Origin: a virus | Taxonomy: Duplodnaviria > Caudoviricetes | Strand: one strand, 5' to 3' | DNA length: 64,000 nt | Virus record (IMG/VR): IMGVR_UViG_3300031998_000064 | Location: 5,533 to 69,532 of that record | Part shown: positions 39,301 to 48,614 of the stretch, piece by piece | Position numbering within the stretch: the first letter of the stretch is position 1 | Layout of the letters: every line of letters begins with the position of its first letter | Notes under the pieces: model-generated | Seen by the model: only the letters and a program-made list of their open reading frames with translations | Database searches by the model: none | What the model was told of the DNA's origin: nothing | Position numbers and translations under genes: made by a program

Positions 39301-39468
39301 ACAATAAAAGTTACCGGATAAACGCTTGCAATAACGGTGGGAATTGTGATATGATTATAGTGTGCGTTCGGGAGTGCGTTCCCTATCCTCGATACTGGGC
39401 ATTACGATTACTGATGATAACACGATTCCACTCGGCACAACCCCCGAGCTAACAGTGGTCGTATTTAT

Positions 39469-39559
39469 AGGCGATAGTAGTGGACGGGCATAGGCTTTTA
39501 ATGCTTATGTGATAGGCTTAACCTATCTTAACTATCGGGTTCGAGTCCCGAATCGCCTG
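39469..39559 (+). tRNA. Degenerate tRNA / tRNA mimic with Lys-type anticodon loop CTTTTAA, no D-stem and a long extra arm
   Basis: Acceptor AGGCGAT/ATCGCCT; T-arm TCGGG-TTCGAGT-CCCGA; stem GCATAGGC/GCTTATGT; extra arm GATAGG/CCTATC; no encoded CCA. Confidence 0.55.
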
Positions 39560-39580
39560 TTATGAAAGGTGGTGATATAT

Positions 39581-39811
39581 ATGACTGGTATTAAATGTGA
39601 CCAAGAACGGCTTGAACGTGTCTGTATAAATCGGGACAGATGTGAGCCGTTTAACACCGACGTGAAGCCCATAGCCGAGCTAAAATTTTATAGCAAGAAT
39701 AAATGGGCATTAGTTACCGATAAGAAAACAACGTATTACGAGGACGGCTATTACGCATGGATCGACATGCAAGTGGCGACAGGCTTAATTAACCCAATGG
39801 GCGACAAATAA
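39581..39811 (+). CDS. Small hypothetical protein
   Basis: AGGTGGTGA RBS; followed by a terminator. Confidence 0.6.
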   Translation: MTGIKCDQERLERVCINRDRCEPFNTDVKPIAELKFYSKNKWALVTDKKTTYYEDGYYAWIDMQVATGLINPMGDK

Positions 39812-39833
39812 ACACCTGCGAAGGTGTTTTTTT
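39810..39833 (+). terminator. Intrinsic terminator
   Basis: AAACACCT-GCGA-AGGTGTTT followed by TTTT. Confidence 0.75.
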
Positions 39834-39861
39834 AATACACAAAAATGAAAGAGGTGAGCAT

Positions 39862-40527
39862 ATGACACTTGAATACTTATTGGAACAGCTCGGATATGAG
39901 CTGGCAGACAACATTGTAAGGCGTTGCAAGGAAAAGCTTGACAAGATTGTTAAGCGTCCGGGTACAAAAGAAGAGTATATCCGCAAGGTAAAGCGGGTAA
40001 TTGCAAGGGAGGCGTAAAAAATGAACGCAGTGAAAAAATACATCCGTAGCAAGGGATATAAGCTTGAGAGCGACTATCCTTATATGCCACTTGAGAACGG
40101 ACTTCAGGCGGTTGTGGTTGATAGTGAGAACGTGACTATTTACCACTATTACGTACAGACAGGCGGTTATATTACGTCTTTCAATCGTAACGGAAGTCTT
40201 GCGTGGGAGGATAACGAATGAGAACATTCAGAAATCGGGCGTTACTTGATAATGCTATTGCGTATTTAATCACACAAGGCAATACCGTGAAGCTAACGAA
40301 CTTGACGGCTTTATCGGTTGGATATTATATGTATGAAAGGAGCGACAAGGGAAATGGGAAAAGTGCTTAAGATCGTCAAGGGAAAACTGGAAAAGGTACG
40401 GAAATGCGACAACGAAAGCATCCGCCGTATGATAACGGAAACGGCAAGGGAAATAGGTGTCACCCTAAGGGAAAAGGACATCAAACACGCTGTTGAATAC
40501 CTGCGTTACGGAATGGCGATATGGTAG
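39862..40527 (+). CDS. Run of small early ORFs (39862..40017, 40021..40221, about 40218..40370, 40318..40527)
   Basis: Each has a GAGG-type RBS or a coupled start; no recognisable family. Confidence 0.55.
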
Positions 40528-40553
40528 ACCAAACGAAAAATTTAAACTTTTGC

Positions 40554-40583
40554 TTGACAACACCCAGATAATGGGTGTATGAT
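40554..40583 (+). promoter_or_regulatory. Sigma-A-type promoter with a palindromic spacer
   Basis: TTGACA-18 nt-TATGAT; the spacer contains the inverted repeat ACACCCA-GATAA-TGGGTGT. Confidence 0.65.
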
Positions 40584-40622
40584 AGCACCAACGGAAAAAT
40601 TATAGCTTGAAGGAGAACGGAA

Positions 40623-41312
40623 ATGATATTTAATATTTCAAGGTCAGAAGACCTTAAGAAAATGCCACTTAAAGACCGATTTATACTTTCTTTAATGAAA
40701 GCGAGAGCGTCTTATTATTTCGAGGACGCTATTGTTGATATCCTTGTCGAAAAGGAAGACGATAGTGTAAATCTGTATGTCCCGGAAAGGGATACGGCAT
40801 GGGATGTATGGTATGCAATCCGTCAGCTCCATGATTCCGAATATGGAGAAATGACGAAAGACGAAGCTAACAAAATAGACGAATTGGCTAAAGAAATTGC
40901 CGAGGAGACACTTATCCGAAACGGATGGAAAGGAAAATTGGAATGAAACACATATTAACATATCTCGCAGTTGCACTATTTCTCGCGGGCTTTATAATGC
41001 TTGCAATCGAACTACCAATGGAAGCATCTACTTGGGACATCATAGCGGTAAACGGTGGGGGCGTAGCTTTATTATGCACATCCTTGCTGATATTATCCAA
41101 GATACCTGAGGATGACTCGGAACAGAAAGGAGGGAAATACTATGGCATATGACGAGGTAACAAATATCGACGCCTACCGCAAATTTGCGGAAAAGGCTGC
41201 GGTAGAACTATTAGGTAAAACAAGGGCAAAGGCGTTTGTGCAACGGATATATGATGCACAGACGTCAGCAAGCATCAGTCGAATTATGACCGAGGTAAGG
41301 AGATCAATATAA
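40623..41312 (+). CDS. Three small ORFs (40623..40946 acidic; about 40943..41152 two-TM membrane protein; about 41142..41312)
   Basis: ORF track plus RBSs. Confidence 0.6.
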
Positions 41313-41523
41313 TATATAAAATCGATATGGGTGACCATACAGAATTGTGGTCATATCGTTCGGTAGAGGCGTTCTATCGTAACAACGTAGACCATTCCGA
41401 ATATAAGGACTTTGAGGAGTGGCGAATAGATATGGAACGGCAAGGGTTAATGACGCTTATTGCATAAATATGCAAAGTGTTTTGTATTTTTATACCAACA
41501 GAATAATTAAAGGAGAACAAAAA

Positions 41524-43392
41524 ATGGAAGCATTAAAATTGGTCAACACAATTGTTGATGTCGCAAATGAATATGGGCATAAGGCAGAGCAAAGTGGTAC
41601 GGAAATATTTGCTAATACCTGTTTTGAAAACAAGGCAAATCTTACAGAGCATCTGCGGAAGTCTCCTTATTGGGACGAGGAGCAAATGGCAATCATTCTG
41701 AAGTCCGAATATTCAAGGGATTTTGATAGTAACCTGATTGACGGATTTTTAGATTGGCTTAACATTACAATGGATAAAAGAGCTGCAAAATGCCCTGCAA
41801 ATGTAATGTACTGCAAATTGAACGAAGAAAGACGGTATTGGAAATATCAATATAATCTTTATTATGGCTTAAATGATTACGATGCTTTACTTAAGCGGGG
41901 CGAGGCGTTTACTGAATGGTTAGAATGTTCTGACAAAATGAAAAAGATACCCGGCAAAAATTGGAACGGAAACTTAGTTGATTGTGATCTCTATGAAGAG
42001 TTGCGTAAGATAAACACGTTAAGAAAAGTTATCGACTCACTTAAACAAAGACAGTCTCAGTTTATAACTGAGGAAACAGAAACTATTGTACACGAACGGT
42101 TTCCGGAAACGAAATGTGTTGTGGGGCAGAAATGTTCCAAGGTTATCAATGCAATCGGAAAAACGCTCGGTCTTCATGCGGAACCTGATTGGAACCGTGA
42201 GTTCGCAAAGGTGGCTGACGGTTTTAACCCGCTAAAGTATGAAACATACACAATCGTATCCGTCAATCCGCTTGACTTTTTAACGATGTCATTCGGACAT
42301 TCGTGGGCGTCTTGTCAGACAATCGATATTAACAATATACGTCCTAATAACGGAGAAAACCATTATCACGGAATGTATTGTAGCGGTACCACTTCTCTTG
42401 CGGAAGATGAGTATACCGTTGTGCTTTACACGGTAAGTAGTGATTACGATAATCCAACGGAAATGTGGCGAGCAAACAAACTCCGTAGATGTCTGTTCTA
42501 TATATCGGGCAACGGAGAAATCCTCGGACAGAGCCGTGTATATCCTGACGGACGCGACGGCGGTGATGCGGGTATTGCATCACAATTTAGAGCAATTATG
42601 CAGGATATAGTTGCTCAATGTTGGGATATTCCCAATATATGGACAATACGCAATGGCGGAGACGTATGCTCGTTTCTTAAAAAAGACGGTGGAGCAACGT
42701 ACTATCCGGACTTCCAAAAGTATTTGGATGTTAATGTGTCGTTGAATAAAGAATTTAACGAATTTCCCGCAATATATATCGGGAAAGCTCCGATATGTTT
42801 ATCTTGTGGAAAGGAACACAACGTTACTGACATATTAACCTGCAAAGAATGTGCAGGGATAGAACAATGTTATGAGTGTGGATGCGACATTCATTTAGAT
42901 GATGAAAATTACATCTATGACGAGTTCACAGGTCGTTATTATTGTTGCGAATCTTGTGCATACGAAAGAGATGTCCATTATATCGAGAATGCAGATCATT
43001 GGACATCAAACCCTGACACATTCTGTGATGGATATAACGGTAACTATTATTACGATACAGATTGTGACGTCCGTACCAATGACGGACACGCATTCTATAC
43101 GGAACATAACGCAACTTGCGCAGGATATATTGAAGCTCAAGACCAGAATGGCAAATCAGTATGGACAAAAAAGGCATATACATTTTTCCATGCTGACGGT
43201 AACTATTATACATATCCCGAAAACATAAAGATACCAAATGATGGAGGCAAAGAAGTTCACATCGGAGATATTGTTATGACGATACGGGAGTTTGATGATA
43301 GGGGGCATCGGCTGTTCCCTGTATACACCATAGGAAAAATTGATGCCATATATGAGAGAGATAGATTACCATATAGGATACAGAACTTGTGA
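41524..43392 (+). CDS. Large conserved phage protein with multiple zinc-ribbon motifs
   Basis: Likely start MEALK at 41524; WASCQTI, YCSGT; CLSCG..CKEC..CYECG..CCESC. Confidence 0.7.
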   Translation: MEALKLVNTIVDVANEYGHKAEQSGTEIFANTCFENKANLTEHLRKSPYWDEEQMAIILKSEYSRDFDSNLIDGFLDWLNITMDKRAAKCPANVMYCKLNEERRYWKYQYNLYYGLNDYDALLKRGEAFTEWLECSDKMKKIPGKNWNGNLVDCDLYEELRKINTLRKVIDSLKQRQSQFITEETETIVHERFPETKCVVGQKCSKVINAIGKTLGLHAEPDWNREFAKVADGFNPLKYETYTIVSVNPLDFLTMSFGHSWASCQTIDINNIRPNNGENHYHGMYCSGTTSLAEDEYTVVLYTVSSDYDNPTEMWRANKLRRCLFYISGNGEILGQSRVYPDGRDGGDAGIASQFRAIMQDIVAQCWDIPNIWTIRNGGDVCSFLKKDGGATYYPDFQKYLDVNVSLNKEFNEFPAIYIGKAPICLSCGKEHNVTDILTCKECAGIEQCYECGCDIHLDDENYIYDEFTGRYYCCESCAYERDVHYIENADHWTSNPDTFCDGYNGNYYYDTDCDVRTNDGHAFYTEHNATCAGYIEAQDQNGKSVWTKKAYTFFHADGNYYTYPENIKIPNDGGKEVHIGDIVMTIREFDDRGHRLFPVYTIGKIDAIYERDRLPYRIQNL

Positions 43393-43453
43393 TAATTACT
43401 GGTTCTATTCAAGGGATATGTTTGTTGTCTGTAAAAGGGAAGGAGAATAAAAA

Positions 43454-44371
43454 ATGAAGAGAGAGATAAGTAACTTTATATTGCTCTGTAAACAGAGTCA
43501 AATTGAATTGAAGGCGTTGTTAGTGAATTTTCTTAAGGTAAAGGGATATAACCCGATAGTAGATGACGGTTATATTTATGCAGAGGGTTCGGATGTATGT
43601 TTAACCGCACACCTTGACACAGTTCATAAAGAACTTGTGAAAAAGGTAAATGTAATAAAAGACGATATTGTTTCCTCGCCACAAGGCATCGGTGGAGATG
43701 ACAGGTGTGGTGTCTATATGATTTTAGAGATCATAAAAAAGGGTTTTCATCCAACAGTTTTGTTCTGCGAAGATGAAGAGATAGGCGGTATCGGAAGCAA
43801 TAAGTTTGTACGGACACGAAGAGAAATGCCTGTGAAGTTCTTTATAGAGCTTGATAGAGCACACGCAACGGATTTAGTGTTTTATAATGATGACAATATT
43901 GAATTTCACGATTGGTGCGAAAAGGTAACCGGATACAAAACCAATTATGGTTCGTTTTCAGATATTAGTCACCTTTGTCCACACTTTGAAATAAGCGGAG
44001 TAAATGTGTCTTGCGGTTATTATGGCGCACATACTCTTCAGGAATATGTAGTATTTAGCGAAATGGAAAACAGTATAGAAGCAACCATTAAGCTCATTGA
44101 AGCTGCAAAGGAACTGAGCGAACCTTGGAAATACAAAGAAACTCCGCTTAAATTCTGGGACACAGGCTATTCAGATTATAGCTGGTATGGTGAATGGGCT
44201 TTTATTACAGAGGACGGCGAAAAACACGAGGCTTATGGCACAAAGCTTTCCGAAGCCGTAGGGGAATTTCTTATGGAAAACCCCGACATCAAATGGAATG
44301 ATATCGTTGACTATTATAATTATGACGAAATTTATTTTAGATCACAATTTAAAAGGCAGGCAAAGGTTTAA
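43454..44371 (+). CDS. M20/M28-family zinc metallopeptidase-like protein
   Basis: AHLDTVH, GGDDRCG, EDEEIGG, IELDR, SDIS and YYGAHT metal-ligand motifs. Confidence 0.8.
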   Translation: MKREISNFILLCKQSQIELKALLVNFLKVKGYNPIVDDGYIYAEGSDVCLTAHLDTVHKELVKKVNVIKDDIVSSPQGIGGDDRCGVYMILEIIKKGFHPTVLFCEDEEIGGIGSNKFVRTRREMPVKFFIELDRAHATDLVFYNDDNIEFHDWCEKVTGYKTNYGSFSDISHLCPHFEISGVNVSCGYYGAHTLQEYVVFSEMENSIEATIKLIEAAKELSEPWKYKETPLKFWDTGYSDYSWYGEWAFITEDGEKHEAYGTKLSEAVGEFLMENPDIKWNDIVDYYNYDEIYFRSQFKRQAKV

Positions 44372-44378
44372 GGTAACA

Positions 44379-44416
44379 AACCGCCTCTTAAGGTGTGCAA
44401 GCGGTTAAAATTGCAC
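44379..44416 (+). ncRNA. H-type pseudoknot in an intergenic region
   Basis: AACCGC/GCGGTT and GTGCAA/TTGCAC, two perfect 6 bp stems in pseudoknot order. Confidence 0.4.
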
Positions 44417-44476
44417 AGCCGTCGTGGGTAGGGAGTATAAACGCACTCTAACAGAAAACTCAAAGGAGAACAAAAA

Positions 44477-45256
44477 ATGACAAAAATGGAGTATGCAAGA
44501 GAAATAGCATTAGCAGTTAACGGTGAGATTAAGGAAGTAGAAAAGGCAAACGGTGTCAAGCTTATTGGAATTACCAAACGGACGGAGAGCGGAAAGGTCG
44601 CTCCGAATGTTTATATTGATCAGGCTTACGAGTATGGCGAGCCTATTGAGGAAGTAGCTGTCAAGATACAGCGTATCTTTGACGCCGAAGCACCGGAAAT
44701 CCCTAACGTAGATGATGTTCTTATCTATGAAAAGGTAAAGCCGATGCTTAGGGCAAGGCTTTATAACTCGTCAACCAAGGCAGATGTGTTTAGGTCGGCA
44801 TCTGAGTACGGCTTTGATGACCTTATCATAATTCCTTACGTACAGTTGAATATTGAGATGTCGGTCAAGGTAACCAACGATTTAATTGAGCGTTGGGAAG
44901 CAGACGCAAACGAAGTACTTGAAATTGCTATGAAAAACTCTATGCAGGATGTAGAAGAGAAGTCTATGGCAGAAATGTTCGGATTGCCTGAAGAAGCACT
45001 TCCCTCGCCTATGAGAGTTGTAAGTAACTTTTCAAAGATGCACGGAGCAATTGGTATTCTCGGAAAGCTTGCGGAACTGAAAGAGCGTTACGGTAGCTTT
45101 ATGGTTATTCCGTCAAGTATCCATGAGGTAATTGTTGTTCCTACGGATAGCAAGGATGACGCCTTTACGAAAATGATAAAGGCGGTCAACGAAGGACAGG
45201 TAGCTCCCGAAGAGCGACTTGGAAGTCACGAATATTATTTTGGAGAGGTGGCATAA
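44477..45256 (+). CDS. DUF5688-like protein
   Basis: VEKANGVKLIGI...APNVYID...IPSSIHEVIVV...LGSHEYYF pattern. Confidence 0.6.
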   Translation: MTKMEYAREIALAVNGEIKEVEKANGVKLIGITKRTESGKVAPNVYIDQAYEYGEPIEEVAVKIQRIFDAEAPEIPNVDDVLIYEKVKPMLRARLYNSSTKADVFRSASEYGFDDLIIIPYVQLNIEMSVKVTNDLIERWEADANEVLEIAMKNSMQDVEEKSMAEMFGLPEEALPSPMRVVSNFSKMHGAIGILGKLAELKERYGSFMVIPSSIHEVIVVPTDSKDDAFTKMIKAVNEGQVAPEERLGSHEYYFGEVA

Positions 45257-45289
45257 GCCACTTCTCCTATAATGGAAAGGGGAAAACTT

Positions 45290-45892
45290 ATGAAGATAGC
45301 AAAAGAACGGATTATCTTTGACAATTACAATCCCGATAAGTACTATCCCGATGCAGATGTAAGAGAAGCACTTTTAGAATGTGACGGATACTCGGAAGAT
45401 GAAATATCTGAAAATGACATTTGGGAAAGACGTAATTTTGAAATGGAAACTTGGTGGGACGATGAACAGATGATGCTTAAAAATTTCTTTGATGATAAGA
45501 CAGTTGTTATGTCAGGTACAATCGGACGTTGGAACGGAATTAAAAGAGGTTGTGATATAGGTGACTTTTGGAAACTTTTTGGCGATATTACACAGGATTG
45601 TCACTATTGGAAACTGTATGATATGAATGGACATTTTTACATCACCTGTTCGCATCATGACGGTACAAATTGTGTAGAAATCAAAGTGGTTACCAATAAA
45701 GGGATCGATTATCTTGAGCGTTGTAATGAGGATTGGAGAACACCTAACGGAAACCAGCTTATGAATAAATATACACGCTTGCCGAGATTTGCGGAAAAGG
45801 TATTCGGATGTAAGGCAAGAGAGTATGAAGAAAGCACAAAGGAAAAGTTGATTAACAAGCTGAACAATAACGCAAGGAGTAATTACGTATGA
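45290..45892 (+). CDS. Conserved hypothetical phage protein
   Basis: GTIGRWNG...HHDGTN motif; RBS before 45290. Confidence 0.65.
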   Translation: MKIAKERIIFDNYNPDKYYPDADVREALLECDGYSEDEISENDIWERRNFEMETWWDDEQMMLKNFFDDKTVVMSGTIGRWNGIKRGCDIGDFWKLFGDITQDCHYWKLYDMNGHFYITCSHHDGTNCVEIKVVTNKGIDYLERCNEDWRTPNGNQLMNKYTRLPRFAEKVFGCKAREYEESTKEKLINKLNNNARSNYV

Positions 45893-46119
45893 TAAATAAA
45901 GAATTTGCACAGGCGGTTGCAAAGATAAAAGGTGACCGTAGCATAAGACAAATGGCTATTGACACAGGCATAGCACCATCTTACATATCGGGCATACTTA
46001 AACGGAAGTATTACCCGACACTTAAAATTCTTAAGCGAATGACCTTACCTCAGAACAAACCGCAAGGAAATGTAACAATTTTGGATTTGATTTATCTCGT
46101 TAGAGAGGATGATGAATAA
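45889..46119 (+). CDS. XRE-family helix-turn-helix regulator
   Basis: SIRQMAIDTGIAPSYISGILKRKYYPTLKIL. Confidence 0.8.
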   Translation: MINKEFAQAVAKIKGDRSIRQMAIDTGIAPSYISGILKRKYYPTLKILKRMTLPQNKPQGNVTILDLIYLVREDDE

Positions 46120-48196
46120 TGATAACGGAAAAGACATATACACTCAAAGACTATGAAGATGTACGACATAGTAACATCTTCTACAAAAAGGAAAATACAA
46201 ACATCCGGAAAGAATACGTTATCGAATATTGTGATGATGCTTGTAAACTAAACCGCCTCGGGTTACTTCCCGAATATGGCGGGCTTGAACTTGATGATGT
46301 GTATCACAGCATCAAGTTTAAGGAAGATGGCAACGAGCGATTCTATTCATTTGATGGAATCGCAATCGAAAGGTATATCGGATACCTTTTCAATAGTAAA
46401 ATCGTGGATGTAAAGATGTGGGAAAATATCTATGACGGTGAGGAGTTGATTGAAGAACGCTTCTTTGAATTTCCTGCTACATTCTGTCACGAAACGGCAC
46501 GAAAGGTTGCAAAGGATATAAAAGATGCGTATGACAGGGAAAGACAAGCTAACGAAGAGTTACTAAAAGAAAACGAGAAAATGAAAGCGTTTCTTAAAAA
46601 GTATAACGCTTATGAAAGATATAGAGAGGAGAGTAACGTATGATAAGAGAAATCTTGAAAATGGCTATGCAGAACGGCTACAAGGCACTTATGTGCAAGG
46701 GTAAAGAGGGTTACGGATTTCTGATTACGCCCAACGGAAACGTGATGATGATAAACGAGGAGTACTTCAGCGGTTATAACATATCGCTGAAGTATGTTCC
46801 CTCGGCAAAGTCGGGGACAGGGTGTGCAGCTTATAACCAATATGATGCTCCTACGGAGTACACAATGGAGTTGATTGCGGAAAAGGAGCAGGAATTACTT
46901 AAATGGGCGAAGCGAATGAAAGTTCAATTTTATGACTCACCTGAGGCGTTCATTAGGTGGTATGAGAAGTTTTACAATACAAAATTAGAGGAGGTGGCGT
47001 GATGATTTATATATCATCAGCATCACAATGGTGCATCGAAACCAACTATGGCTACGGTTGGGAAAAGGAAAGCAGCTATGACACAAAGGAAGAGGCTGAA
47101 AGGGATTTGCCCGAATATCAGCTTCTTGTAAAGAGCTTCGGTGGAAGTTGCCGTATCCGAAAGGTGGTGAGCAAATGAATTATATCTGCGGGAAATTAGT
47201 GTTTGCAACCGAAGACGAAGCAAACGCCTATCGTAACTTAGTAATGAAAGAAACTCGGCACGTTTTGGGTATCTTTAAGACAGACCGAAAGGTAACGCAT
47301 ACTTTCCGGTTAGAAAGAAAAGAGGTGAGAGCATGAAAAGGCTTTATTGGGATTACAAAGGCATTATCCGTAAATGGATTAACGGAAGGTGGTATGTAAT
47401 ATGATTGAATGGGACGGTTATGTAAATCACGGTAAGACAAAACGAGGCGATGAGATAGTGCGAATGTCCAAAAATGGAAATATCCGCATTGTTTATCATC
47501 CATTCGCAATACAAGGTAGATATTCAATTGAACGCTTAACAACAACAAACTATTGGGATCGTTTTCACGATGCAAAATACAGTAGCAATTCATTAAGTGA
47601 AGTTGAGCGTTCAATTAAATACGCAGAAGATACACCTTTGGAGGTATGAGTTATGAAGAGCGAGGTGATATTATGACACGAAAATATAAACTTGTTAATT
47701 ACTTTGATGTTTGGGGAAATGAAAAGGACGGTTATGAGGTAAATAACCTTTGCACAGAAGCAGATGACTTGTGGATTGATGATTCCTGCACAATGAAAGA
47801 AATCGCACAATTTCTCGTGACAATCGGATTCCTTGCAACAAGCGATATGAGAAGATTATATCTGCTTGATGACGGAGATTTAATTGAGATTTACCAACGG
47901 AAAGGAATGTATCCGTTAGGAAGATTAGAGGTGATGATATGACATACAGACAGGCAATAAAAATGTTTAAAGAAACCTACGCTGACCTTTATGAAAATGA
48001 AGCGGACTACTGGACAGCTCACGAATGTTTGGCAAACTTCACGGATATACTTTGTAAGAACGGAGATATAACGCAGAAACAGTACGATACTTGGGATACT
48101 CCGTTCCCTTATGGACAGCGGTTAGGAGTCCGCAAGGTATATGTATCACTTAGGGATTGCAAGGGCAAAACAATACCCAAAAGAATAACAAAATAA
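46119..48196 (+). CDS. Cluster of small coupled ORFs (46119..46643, 46640..47002, 47002..about 47178, about 47175..47336, 47389..47649, 47673..47942, 47939..48196)
   Basis: ATGA-type overlaps and GAGG RBSs; no family recognised. Confidence 0.6.
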
Positions 48197-48211
48197 AAGG
48201 AGGATTTTATT

Positions 48212-48601
48212 ATGAGTAACTTTGAAAATGATTTAACACAGATGGAAACTGATTTCACAAGAGATTTTGTAACAATTTTAACTTATGCGGATGTTCCTAA
48301 TTATAAGGATTACCGCTTTGTTTTCCCGAGTTTCAATCCTGACACACCTTGCGATGTACTTGATTTAAGTGCAAGGGCAGGAAACTCTTTGAAGCGTAAA
48401 GGGATCCACACATTTGGTCAGCTTCTTACAGCAGAACTCCACGATATTTGGGGATGTGGTAAGAAAGCGATAAAGGAAATCCGAACAAAATTCATTTCTT
48501 ACATCTATGCAGGATATACAGATGAGCAGAGAAAGAGATTTTGGAAAGACACATTTGAAGCAACGGCAGAGAAGTATTCGGAAATTATTAATATAGCTTA
48601 A
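48212..48601 (+). CDS. Protein with an RNA polymerase alpha-subunit C-terminal domain
   Basis: LDLSARAGNSLKRKGIHTFGQLLTAELHDIWGCGKKAIKEI matches the alpha-CTD pattern LxLSxRxxNxLxxxGIxTxxxL...GxGxKxxxEI. Confidence 0.75.
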   Translation: MSNFENDLTQMETDFTRDFVTILTYADVPNYKDYRFVFPSFNPDTPCDVLDLSARAGNSLKRKGIHTFGQLLTAELHDIWGCGKKAIKEIRTKFISYIYAGYTDEQRKRFWKDTFEATAEKYSEIINIA

Positions 48602-48614
48602 GGAGGATAGGCCA

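Noticed and set aside
39380-39465. Possible HDV-like (theta) or hammerhead ribozyme next to the tRNA mimic (TCCTCG, CTGATGA, GCTAAC present)
   Set aside because: The elements do not fall in HDV order (no P1/P3 closure, no GG before P4), and the hammerhead GAAA and stem I pairing are missing.
44379-44450. SAM-II riboswitch, pistol or hatchet ribozyme assignment for the pseudoknot
   Set aside because: The topology is similar, but the diagnostic conserved nucleotides (SAM-II 3' UAAAA, pistol P2/P3, hatchet core) are absent.
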